A stretch of DNA of 64,000 nt, from positions 1,654-65,653 of the forward strand of contig JAGGHK010000007.1 of assembly GCA_024104275.1 (NCBI GenBank), read 5' to 3'. The first letter of the stretch is position 1. Each line of letters starts with the position of its first letter. The notes beneath the pieces were generated by a model. It was not told where the DNA came from. It made no database searches and worked only from the letters and a program-made list of their open reading frames with translations. The stretch is from Bifidobacterium sp. (GTDB lineage: Bacteria > Actinomycetota > Actinomycetes > Actinomycetales > Bifidobacteriaceae). This document shows positions 9,810 through 19,014 of this stretch, in pieces. The position numbers and the translations under genes were made by a program.

Positions 9810-11246
9810 ATGGTGAATGAGAATACGAAATTTGTAGGCAGAGCTAATGAACTTGACGTACTTGAAAATGCCGCTGCGAGGCGTATATTCCAAATGGTCG
9901 TTGTCTACGGCAGACGGCGCATCGGTAAAACTGCTCTCATCGCTCACTTCTGCAAGAACAGACGAACCCTTTGGTTTACGGCGAAAGAGCAAAGCTCGGC
10001 AATGAATCTGCGAGAGTTCTCACAGCAGATTTTCGAGTTTTTCGATGAGCCGGGGTGGCCGGGAGGCTTTCCGAGTTGGTCGACGGCGTTTGAGCGTATC
10101 GCCAAAAATGCGCGCAAGGATTCGTCGCATCCGTTCGTCTTTGTGTTTGATGAGTTTCCATACGCGGCTGCGGCCGAGCCCGGCTTGGCTTCATCGTTGC
10201 AAATCGCGATAGACCATCAGTTTGAAGACACCAACATGATGTTGATTTTGTGCGGCAGCAATGAAGGTTTTATGGAAAGCAGGGTGCTGGGTAGTAAAAG
10301 TCCGCTTTACGGGCGGCGGACCGCGCAGATTCACTTGCGACCTTTCGATATTTTCGACGCTTCCAAACTCATGCCGTCTAACGCTTCCTGGCTTGACCGT
10401 GTCCATTATTATGCGACGTTGGGCGGTACTCCCTATTATCTCAAGCAACTTGATGCATCCAAGAACTTCGAGGAGAACATTGAGTCCTTGTGCTTTAACG
10501 TCGGTGGCATTCTTTATGAGGAACCGATGATGCTCATGCGGCAAGAGCTTCGTGAGCCGATGCTTTACAACTCCGTGATTGAAGCGGTGGGATCAGGCAA
10601 GACCAAGCCCAAAGCCATAGCTGAGCAGGCTGGGATGGATAAGGATTCCGTTAGTGCGTATCTGAGGACGCTGGAGTCGCTGGGATTGGTGGAACGCAAC
10701 GTACCTCTTGGCGAAAATCCTGCACGCTCTCGTAAGGGGCTTTGGACCATTAAAGACCCGTTTTTCGCTTACTGGTACCGTTTCGTCAGCCCGCGCGCAG
10801 GTCTGATCGATATGGGTCAGGGGCATGCGCCCGCCGTTTACGGCACTTCCGGCGGCGTATTCGAAACGTATGTGGGCCAGCAGTTCGAGCGCATGTGCAT
10901 GCAGTGGCTCTTCCAGCAGTCGCGCGAGGGAAAGTTTGATTTCCTGCCCACGTCATACGGCAAATGGTGGGGCAACGACCCGGTCGCCAAGCAGCAGACG
11001 GACATCGACGTGGTGATGGCTGACGATATCAATAAGAAGGTGCTGTTGGGCGAATGCAAGTGGCGCGAATCGTTCAATGTCAACGAGGCCGCCGAAAAGT
11101 TGATTGAGCGCTCGCCGTTGATTACCGAAAAGGGCGAGAGATTGTATTTCCTATTCAGTAAATTGCCGGTTCGCGGCGACGTCCAAGGCAAAACCCGACA
11201 ACTTGGCCCGTTCACTTTCGTCGACGCCGAGACGATGTTCGGATGA
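9810..11246 (+). CDS. archaeal-type ATPase (ATPase_2) with C-terminal DUF234 PD-(D/E)XK-like domain
   Basis: FVGR..EL, Walker A YGRRRIGKT, Walker B FVFDEFP, LYGRRT, DPFFAYWYRF and C-terminal DIDVV...GECKW. Confidence 0.9.
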   Translation: MVNENTKFVGRANELDVLENAAARRIFQMVVVYGRRRIGKTALIAHFCKNRRTLWFTAKEQSSAMNLREFSQQIFEFFDEPGWPGGFPSWSTAFERIAKNARKDSSHPFVFVFDEFPYAAAAEPGLASSLQIAIDHQFEDTNMMLILCGSNEGFMESRVLGSKSPLYGRRTAQIHLRPFDIFDASKLMPSNASWLDRVHYYATLGGTPYYLKQLDASKNFEENIESLCFNVGGILYEEPMMLMRQELREPMLYNSVIEAVGSGKTKPKAIAEQAGMDKDSVSAYLRTLESLGLVERNVPLGENPARSRKGLWTIKDPFFAYWYRFVSPRAGLIDMGQGHAPAVYGTSGGVFETYVGQQFERMCMQWLFQQSREGKFDFLPTSYGKWWGNDPVAKQQTDIDVVMADDINKKVLLGECKWRESFNVNEAAEKLIERSPLITEKGERLYFLFSKLPVRGDVQGKTRQLGPFTFVDAETMFG

Positions 11247-11284
11247 TTGGGATTTCTGTGTTGCGATGGTTGTCGATAGTAACG

Positions 11285-11473
11285 TTAATGCAGGATTATT
11301 AATGTTTCTAATGTCGGATTATTGATGACTCTAATGTAGGATTATCGATATTCCTAATGTCGGATTGTGGCATTCTGTCGATAGGAGAAATGCTGTAATA
11401 TCAACGATTATGGTTTGTTGATCACTTGACAAGTAAAAAATCAACAAATCCTAATGTCGGATTGTTGATGTTT
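11285..11473 (+). repeat. 4 x 23-bp tandem iteron-like array plus a fifth copy at a promoter
   Basis: Units start at 11285, 11308, 11331 and 11354 (core CTAATGTCGGATT); fifth copy at 11451, just downstream of TTGACA (11426-11431). Confidence 0.88.
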
Positions 11474-11483
11474 TTAACGCAGG

Positions 11484-11672
11484 ATCGTGGAGGTCAAGGC
11501 TTCCGGCGATTTCCGTGGGCGGCAGGGCAAAGTCCTGACGGATATCGGCGACGCCCTGGATGTGCCGGATTTCAGCCGGCTGATCGTCTACCGTGGCGAC
11601 GCATCGCAGATGGTGCGCAGGCTCAAAGTCGTCGCCGCCCAGGATTACCTGCGGTTCGAGGACGGGAGCTGA
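11484..11672 (+). pseudogene. C-terminal remnant of an AAA_14/DUF4143 ATPase
   Basis: EVKASGDFRGRQGKVL...YRG...DYLRF aligns without gaps to the C-terminus of 17728-18957 (23/56 identical); in-frame TAA at 11475-11477 shows the gene body is gone. Confidence 0.85.
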
Positions 11673-12018
11673 GCGGGTTGAGACCTATGGCTGCGCATAT
11701 GCCAGAACCCAGATGTGAAGGTGTGCGCAAGGCCGACGGTTGTTTGGCTCGTCGGCCCGCACGCGGTATATGGAAGGGCCTTAGATAACCCCATCGGTTT
11801 CGGTCTGCGGAGTGAAGTCCATGTTGGCCACCGTAAAGCTTCGCAGGTGAAAAGCCTCAACCGACATATCCATTATGCCACAGAAAACAAATCTTGAGGC
11901 TGTCTGCTCCTGGCTTCGTGCCCTCGGCTCCGGTCGGGGGCACGTTTCTCTTTTAGCCGTTGTCGGTGGAGAGGATAGATGCTTGTATGGAATCGGGCTG
12001 GCTCGTCTTGTGGCCTTG

Positions 12019-14903
12019 TCAGTGGCGACTGGCCCAGCGGTTGCGGGTGTGTCGGGTGACGGCCACCACTGCAAGGGCGAGTATGCCTGCGCCGAGGAGC
12101 AGCAGCAGGTTGCGCAGGAGCTGCTCGCGTGTGATGCCGGTGAGCGGTATCGCGGAGACGGGTTCCACCGATGGCGGGAACGTGTAGTTGAAGCCGTTGA
12201 CGATGTACGTTCCCCTTGGGCTGGCGGTGGCGGCGCGGGCGGCGAGGGCGCTGGTGTTGCCGGTCCATGCGGGGCTGGTGATGCCGCTCTTGTCGGTCCA
12301 GGTGTGGTCGGGCATGTTGGTGAAGGCGTTGTTGCCGGCGGCGTTCTTGAGTGTGGTCTTCTTGCCGAGTCTGAGGGCCTGGAGGTTTGCTGGGAACATC
12401 TGGTTCATGCTGGTGGCGCTGCCGGTGTCCCAGCCGTTGAGGTCGAGGGCCTTGAGGTTGGGGTTGTTGTCGAAGACGTAGTGCATGTCTGTGACGTTGT
12501 GGGTGTCCCAGCCGCTGACGTCGAGGCTGGTGAGGTTGGAGAGGTTGAAGGTGTCGCCCATGTCGGTGACCTGGCTGGTGTCGAGGTTCTTGAGCCCGGT
12601 GATGGTGGTGAGGTTGGGGTCCTGCCAGAACATGCCGAACATGTCGGTGTTGCCGGAGCCGTTGAGGTTGGTGACGTCGATGGTCCTGACCTTGGGGAGC
12701 CTGCCGAACAGGAGGCGGCCTCCGGCGTAGGTGGCCTGGCCGGTGTTGGACGCGAGTCTGACGCCGGGCTTGACGGTGGCGGAGGTGACGCTGTCGTCGG
12801 TCCAAGGGACTTTGGTGTCATGGGTGGTGCCGGCTGAGTGGTCGGGCACGGTGCCGGAGTCGAGGCTGAGCACGCATTCCGCGCTCTCGCCCTCGCCGGT
12901 GAGCGTCTCGCTCCAAGTCAGCGTGCCCCAGGTGTGGGTGCCGGGCTGCGTGCACGCCGTCGGGAACGAATAGGAGACGCCGGAGACCACGTACTCGCCG
13001 AGAGGATTGGTGCTCGCGCGCGTAGCCAGTTGGACGGTGGTGCCGCTCCATGGCGGGTTGAGGCTGTCCGGTGGGTTGTGGCTTCCGCTCTTATCCACCC
13101 AAGTGGCGGCCTGGTTGACGTCAGCGAATGCGGCGTTCGGTGACGTGTTCAACAGCTTGGTCTTCTTGCCAAGCCTAAGCGCCTCCAGATTTGGCGGCAG
13201 CATCCCGGTCACGTCGGTAGCGCCCGTGGTGTCCCAATTATATAAATCAAGGGTGGTGAGTTTAGCATCGTTTTGGAACATCCGATACATGCTGTAACCG
13301 GTTGTAACCTTTGCGGTTTCCCATCCACCTATCCCCTTCAACGTTTCCAGGTCAGGACAGTTTGCAAAAAGATAATGCATATCTTCGACGTTTTTCGTAT
13401 CCCAATTGGATAAGTCGAGTTCTTTCAAGCCAGTGGTGTTGAACGAGCCTCCCATGTCTTTAACGGCAGAGGTGTCCCAGTTTTCCAATCCTGTGATTTT
13501 GGTGAGTGATGGATCTTTCCAGAAAATACCGAACAGATCCGTATTCCCAACAGTATATAAGTTGCCCAAGTTGGCAGTTTTGAGCGATGGCAAGGTGCTG
13601 AACAGAAGACGTCCGCCTGTTGGGGCAAGATTGACGTCTTCTTTTACTTCGATATCGATGATACTGTCGTTGACCCAGGGGGTGGGAATATCGTTTGCTG
13701 CGGATGACCCTTGGTGGTCGGGTACAGTGCCGTTGGTGAAGGTGAGGGTGCATTCGGAGAGTGCACTGTCTGGCGTCTCCTGCCAGTCGAGGGTGTGGGT
13801 GTTGTCGGTCCAGTGGTGGCGTCCGGCTTTGGTGCACACGAGTCCCGAATTCTTGTACATGTCGGTCTGGTCAGCGTTAGCGGGTATATCGAGTCCGGGG
13901 TTGCCGATGGTTTTAAGATTGGTGCAGTTCTGGAACATATTGTTCATGTAGACTGCGGCGGCTGTGCCCCAACCGGACAAGTCCAGGGTATTAAGCTTTA
14001 CGTCATTGTAAAACATAAAGCTCATATCGCGAACAGCATCAGTATTCCATTGGGTGATACCGGGCAGTGACGTGAGATTGGGACAATCCCGAAATGCCTC
14101 TTTCGTATCGGTGATGTTCTTGGTGTCCCATTGTTCAAGACCAGTGATTTCGGTGAGTAGTCCGCAGTCGAGGAAAAGCCAGCGTATTGATTTGGTGGTT
14201 GGATTGCTGAGGTCGATGCCGTTGACTTGAGCTGTTTTTAAGGCATGCATGTGAGCGAAGAGGTTGGCGCCGTCCAATGCGACGACGTTGCCAGTGACGA
14301 TGACTTTGGTGACGGTGTACTCTTGGTTGTTTATATGCCAAGGTCCGATTGCCATGTAATTGATGGCGTTGTCAGGTATTGTCCCGCTTTCGAGTTCCAG
14401 CACGCAGTCGTTGCCATCGATGTGCTCGTTCCAATGTAGCGGATCGGTACCGCCGCTTTCTGGCCATTTGTGTTCGCCGGGCTTGGCGCAGGTTACGTCC
14501 TGCGGGCCGACGGCGGTTTTGGCGGGGTTGCCATCGGTTTTCTTTGCGTTGTTGGCTGAAGGTTCCTTGTTGTCGGTTTTCGCTGCGTCGGAGGCTGTCG
14601 GTTTGGTGGTGTCGGAATCTGCTGTCTTGGAAACGTCAGGCTTGGTCTTGCCGGTGTCTTCTTTTGGTGTCGAAGGATTTGTCTCAGTGGGCGTTGAGTT
14701 GTTTTCGCCCGATTCCGTGGTTTTCGGATTCTGCGCAGATTGTGGCTGGGAGGTTATCGCGTTTTCAGCGATTGCGGACGGGGGGTGCTTGATTGTGCGT
14801 TGTCAAGGCCGGATTGCGGTGCGGGGGCGTTGGCGGATAGCAGCGCGAGGGCGGTGAACATGACCGCGATCTTGCCGCCAATACCGTTGTGCCGCAACGC
14901 CAT
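12019..14903 (-). pseudogene. BspA-like leucine-rich-repeat (DUF285) sortase-anchored surface protein, frameshifted
   Basis: AAGGAGG SD and signal peptide from ATG 14903; frame shifts at a C6 tract (G6 at 14780-14785 on plus); downstream frame open 14802 to 12019; three WDT/LDTS-type LRR blocks; IPLTG + TM + basic tail. Confidence 0.85.
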
Positions 14904-15061
14904 TCCGGAGCCTCCTTGTAAAGCCACACCCAACACTGCGTCTAATAAACCATACAAGGTTAAGAATACCGTTTCGACAGTACAACTATGTCTTACGCCG
15001 CGGAATCGTCACAATATGTTCGACTGTGCCGGGAATGCCTCAGCATGACCGGATGTGGCGC

Positions 15062-15361
15062 TTAATCTGAAGCTTGGCCGGCCTTGTGGTTCAGGTAGGC
15101 CATGGCGTTGGCGGCGTTGCCGAACGTCGGCGAATCGTCGGGCACTTTCCCGTCGGCTCTTTCCTGCGCGTATCGCATCGCCTCGAGGGTGGCTTTTCGG
15201 GGGTTGTCGGCGAAGGGGCGCTCGGTGAAGATGCCATCGAGATCATCCATGGTGATTTCCCGATTCGGATGGAGCACCAAACCGATCGTTTCTGGAGTGG
15301 TGTGTGCGTAACTGTCGGAGGTTTCTTCCCCTATGGTCTTATCACCTCGCTGGTTGTTCAT
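15062..15361 (-). CDS. small protein whose C-terminus resembles RelB/DinJ antitoxins
   Basis: GAAAGGGG SD; PF..NP...TLEAM..A..........F....AM..L pattern recalls the DinJ C-terminus; N-terminus not recognised. Confidence 0.5.
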   Translation of the reverse strand: MNNQRGDKTIGEETSDSYAHTTPETIGLVLHPNREITMDDLDGIFTERPFADNPRKATLEAMRYAQERADGKVPDDSPTFGNAANAMAYLNHKAGQASD

Positions 15362-15408
15362 CGTTCCCCTTTCCTGCTTTGCAAAACGGCTGATTGTTTA
15401 TGGGCGGC

Positions 15409-15433
15409 AGTTGGTGCAAATTTTGCACCAACT
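15409..15433. promoter_or_regulatory. perfect palindrome (operator or terminator)
   Basis: AGTTGGTGCAAA-T-TTTGCACCAACT, 12-bp arms, ~50 bp upstream of the 15361 start and at the AlbA_2 gene stop. Confidence 0.65.
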
Positions 15434-17045
15434 AGAATTTCTCTGAGCTCTTCCTTGTTGGTGTCGGCAACGTATAACGCGTGGCCGAGCCTTTACCTGT
15501 GCGGCGCAGAACACCGTCTGCGACGAGCTTGCGTAGGATTCCCTTGGCTTTTGTTGGCCCCGAGCCGAGCAATTGTTGTGTTTCAGCCCTGGTGATGTCA
15601 CTGTGTGTGCCGAGGTAGGCAAGTATGATGTCCCGTTCGTTACCTTTCCGAATTTCAGTGTCGATTGATGTTGAAGCAGCCGGAACGGGTGCGGTGGTAT
15701 TGCCATCAAGGTGAGGCAATTGGGCGTCGGTGTCAATGGCGGTGGGAGGCTCCCCGCTATCAGGATTTTGCGCTTTGCTCTTGCCAAGAGGGTGACCCTT
15801 GCCCTCAGCCGCGCTCAAGGTGAACGCAAGTTGTGTGCGGTCTGGGTCGAACGATTCCGTCAACCGGGGGTCGGGAAGGCCGGCCCAATCGCAACCTGCT
15901 CGCATGGCGTCGAAGCCGCTGCCCGCGCGTTCGGCGATGGAGATGAGCGAGAACATCTTCAGCAACGTGGGGTTGCGGGAATCGGAAATGCCGCCGGCCA
16001 TCGCCACGTCGGCGGGGATTCGCAGGCCGCCGGGGTTGGCGAAGGTGATCTTGTCCTTTTGCAGGATGATGACGGTGTTGCCACGCATGTAATAATCGGC
16101 GTGGATGAGGGTGTTGGCAAGCGCCTCGCGCAAAGCCAGGTGCAGAGGGGTGTCGTCGATCCTGCGTGAGTCGGCATTGACCATGAACGGCCTCGGCACT
16201 GCTTGGGTCAGCCTCTGCCAGACGCGCAGCCAGAAATCATAGAGGTTTCCGCTCCATTCCCCATCGCCGCTGACTATTCTGTGGTCCCAACGATTGGTGC
16301 CGTTTAGCTGCTCCCTGTAGTCGAGGAAAAAGTACGGAAATTCGCGCGTAATCATCCATTCCTTGCCGAACATTAGTAGGCCGGCGCGGGTCGGGCGGGG
16401 TTTGTTGCCCTCGCCTTTGGCGCTCGCTCCCAGGCGCAAGAGGAATTCGTCGGTATCGAGTGTGAGCCAGGGGTGGTTGGGCCGCGCGGCGCTCATGGTG
16501 TTGCGGTACGCGTTGACGGTGCCTTGGTTGAGGTCGTCCAGCGAGAATTTTTCAAGCGGCATCTGATCCAGGGTGATGGTGCCGTCGCCTTTGTCTCGTA
16601 CCATCGCGTGGTATTCCTCTTCAGAGCATTGGTAGTCTCCTTCGCCGTTGCGGCGGTAGGTGCCGCCGATGGGGTTGCGGTTGAGATATAGGGGTTTGGA
16701 CTCGCGTTCCGCGCGTGGAACATGGATCACGACTATGGAAGCGTTGTCGACCGGTTCTATCGAAACATCTTCCTCATCAAGCACGTTGGCGCTGACTTTT
16801 TTGCGATCGTTGGCCGTGTCCCAGAAATTTTTCACTATACGTTCTGGGTCTCTTAAACCTGTAGGAATCAGGTTGTGATGCGTGTCTTCGCTGACGCCGA
16901 GCAGGATTATTCCGCCATTAGTGTTCGCGAAGGCGGAGTAAGTTTCCCAGACGCTTTTGGGAACGCCGCCTTCTGCACTCTTCGCTTCAAGGCGGTTGCC
17001 TTCGTGCCAGTGTCTCAATTCTTTGAGATCGAACATGACTGCCAT
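15432..17045 (-). CDS. Schlafen/AlbA_2 domain + HATPase_c_4 (RecG C-terminal-like) + C-terminal HTH protein
   Basis: EGNRLEAK, SAFANTNGGIILLGV, REALANTLIHADY, NPGGL, RNPTL, ERAGSG and C-terminal ITRAETQQLLG...L..LV..G.L. Confidence 0.88.
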   Translation of the reverse strand: MAVMFDLKELRHWHEGNRLEAKSAEGGVPKSVWETYSAFANTNGGIILLGVSEDTHHNLIPTGLRDPERIVKNFWDTANDRKKVSANVLDEEDVSIEPVDNASIVVIHVPRAERESKPLYLNRNPIGGTYRRNGEGDYQCSEEEYHAMVRDKGDGTITLDQMPLEKFSLDDLNQGTVNAYRNTMSAARPNHPWLTLDTDEFLLRLGASAKGEGNKPRPTRAGLLMFGKEWMITREFPYFFLDYREQLNGTNRWDHRIVSGDGEWSGNLYDFWLRVWQRLTQAVPRPFMVNADSRRIDDTPLHLALREALANTLIHADYYMRGNTVIILQKDKITFANPGGLRIPADVAMAGGISDSRNPTLLKMFSLISIAERAGSGFDAMRAGCDWAGLPDPRLTESFDPDRTQLAFTLSAAEGKGHPLGKSKAQNPDSGEPPTAIDTDAQLPHLDGNTTAPVPAASTSIDTEIRKGNERDIILAYLGTHSDITRAETQQLLGSGPTKAKGILRKLVADGVLRRTGKGSATRYTLPTPTRKSSEKF

Positions 17046-17052
17046 CCTCGCA

Positions 17053-17260
17053 TCGGTCGTTTATCGGTCGTGGTCAAAGTAAAAGGCCTTGGACGCGACC
17101 GATATATCGTATAAATAGTAATTGTATCGGTCGTTCGTGACCGATGCGCGACCGATAAAGCGGTATTTGCGTCCGATAACGACCGAGAGTCGGTCGTTCG
17201 CGACCGATACGCGGGAATTTGTGACCGATACGCGGGAATTTGCGACCGATGTGAGACCGA
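17053..17260. repeat. GACCGA/TCGGTC motif cluster with a 21-bp tandem repeat
   Basis: 12 exact hexamer copies in ~210 bp; 21-bp unit G(C/T)GACCGATACGCGGGAATTT at 17200 and 17221, partial third at 17242. Confidence 0.85.
17082..17171 (+). repeat. ~90-bp direct repeat, copy 1
   Basis: AAAGGCCTTGGACGCGACCGATATATCGTATAAA... aligns without gaps to 18918-19007; internal CGACCGATA/TATCGGTCG palindrome. Confidence 0.88.
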
Positions 17261-17533
17261 TGTGCGACGGGTAAACGTGCAGTTGCGTCCGATACGTGAC
17301 AGTTGTGGTGCCGCTGGCGTCGAAGGTGAATTGCGTGGCCCGCCGGGTCTTGGCTAGAACCAACCATGCCCCGATCCAAAAGAATCGGAGGGCGCAATAT
17401 CGGTATCGCCGTGCCATATAGACACCGCCTAAGACTAGGTCGTTGTAGATTTATGGAAGGCGATCGAATGGACCGTTGAAGTGGGGCGTCTCCCCGCCTG
17501 TTAAAAGTAGGTGATTTTGAATGCTCCAAATCG

Positions 17534-17625
17534 CTATGTCAGTGATTTGAAAGTACCTATGTCAGGATTATGGAGATTTCTACATCAGTGATTTGAAAAT
17601 TACTATGTCAGTGATTTGAAATATG
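17534..17625 (+). repeat. 4 x 23-bp tandem iteron-like array upstream of the AAA_14/DUF4143 gene
   Basis: Units start at 17534, 17557, 17580 and 17603; consensus CTATGTCAGTGATTTGAAA. Confidence 0.9.
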
Positions 17626-17727
17626 ATAAGTCATGATTTTGGAAGTGCGGCAAACGCTAAAGAAACGGTTGCCAAGTCGGAGGCCGCACCTAATCGTCAG
17701 ACAGATTGCCAAGTCGAGGAGGGTCAA

Positions 17728-18957
17728 GTGATACCAAGGACGCTTGAGAGCTATACGCGCAAACTGGCGACGTGGTTTCCTGTGGTTTCCGTCACCGGCC
17801 CCAGGCAGAGCGGCAAGTCCACGCTGATTCGTCACGTATTCAAGGACTATGAATATCTCAACCTTGAAGACCCGGAGGTGCGTAGGGCCGCAGCCTTAGA
17901 TCCGGTAGGATTCATCAGGGATCGCCCGGCCAAGCTCATCATCGACGAAGCGCAATACGTCCCCGACCTGTTCTCCATGATTCAGGTGGAATCCGACGAA
18001 CGCAATACGCCCGGGCAGTACATCATCTCCGGTTCGCAGAATTTCCTGATGCTGAAAAACATCAAGCAATCACTTGCGGGGCGTGTGGGCATCATGAAGC
18101 TGCTGCCGCTTTCATTCGCGGAAGCCCAAGCCTCTGAACGTAAGCCGAGTGTCGACGAATTCATGTTGAGAGGTGGCTATCCGCGGCTTTACGACATCGA
18201 TATCAGTCTGGGAACGTATTTCCGCAGCTACACCGACAGCTATATCGAGCGGGACGTCACCGATTACCTTGACGTACGCAATAGCACCGATTTTCGCACG
18301 TTTCTGCGTCTGTGTGCGCAAAATGCCGGGAATCTGGTCAATTACACCGGCATGGCGGACGATTTGGGGGTCAGTTTCAGAACAGTGAAATCATGGTTGT
18401 CGATTCTGGAATCGAGTTATATAACCTTCCCGTTGATGCCGTATTACAAAAGCGTCGGCAAACGGCTTGTCAAGACTCCTAAACTGTATTTCTATGATAC
18501 CGGGCTGCTCTGCAATCTTCTTGGTATCCGCAGCCTGCAGGAGCTTTTGGTGCATCCCAAGCTCGGTGCGGTCTTTGAGAACCTTATCGTTGCGGAGACT
18601 GCCAAGCGTTGCTACAACGCCGGTGAGGAGCCGGAACTTTACTTTTACCGTGACGAGAGCAAGCGTGAGATAGATCTGGTGGATCTGGCTCGGCCTGCCG
18701 AGCCGCTGCTGCTTGAAGTCAAATCTTCCAGGACATATAACAATCGACAAAGCAAGTCGCTTGCGGAAGTGGGCGAGGAGCTTGGCGTGCCCCCGGAGCA
18801 CAGGGCCGTGATCTATCGCGGCAGTGAACAAGCGCAGATGAAGAAGTCGGCGTTGGTGCGGGCGGCGGATTACCTTCGGTTTGACTATCCGGAGGGTACG
18901 CTGCCCGTGGAGGGCCGAAAGGCCTCGGACGCGACCGATATATTGTATAAAAATTAA
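17728..18957 (+). CDS. AAA_14 ATPase with DUF4143 (PD-(D/E)XK-like) domain
   Basis: GAGGAGG SD before GTG 17728; Walker A GPRQSGKST, Walker B IIDEAQ, GSQ, LAGR, GGYP, KTPKLYFYDTG, EIDL...EVK. Confidence 0.92.
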   Translation: MIPRTLESYTRKLATWFPVVSVTGPRQSGKSTLIRHVFKDYEYLNLEDPEVRRAAALDPVGFIRDRPAKLIIDEAQYVPDLFSMIQVESDERNTPGQYIISGSQNFLMLKNIKQSLAGRVGIMKLLPLSFAEAQASERKPSVDEFMLRGGYPRLYDIDISLGTYFRSYTDSYIERDVTDYLDVRNSTDFRTFLRLCAQNAGNLVNYTGMADDLGVSFRTVKSWLSILESSYITFPLMPYYKSVGKRLVKTPKLYFYDTGLLCNLLGIRSLQELLVHPKLGAVFENLIVAETAKRCYNAGEEPELYFYRDESKREIDLVDLARPAEPLLLEVKSSRTYNNRQSKSLAEVGEELGVPPEHRAVIYRGSEQAQMKKSALVRAADYLRFDYPEGTLPVEGRKASDATDILYKN

Positions 18958-19007
18958 CTATATTGGTCGTTCGCGGCCGATAAGCGTCCGATAAGGCGGC
19001 GTTTGCG
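18918..19007 (+). repeat. ~90-bp direct repeat, copy 2 (overlaps the 3' end of the AAA gene)
   Basis: AAAGGCCTCGGACGCGACCGATATATTGTATAAA... matches 17082-17171. Confidence 0.88.
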
Positions 19008-19014
19008 CCCGCCT

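Noticed and set aside
12019-14403. BspA ORF starting at GTG 14403 as in the ORF track
   Set aside because: The frame is open to 14802, and the true SD and signal peptide lie at 14903 in another frame; it is a frameshifted single gene.
17061-17529. ORFs 17061-17417 and 17074-17529
   Set aside because: They translate the GACCGA repeat cluster and a short decayed copy of the pseudokinase 3' end; not credible genes.
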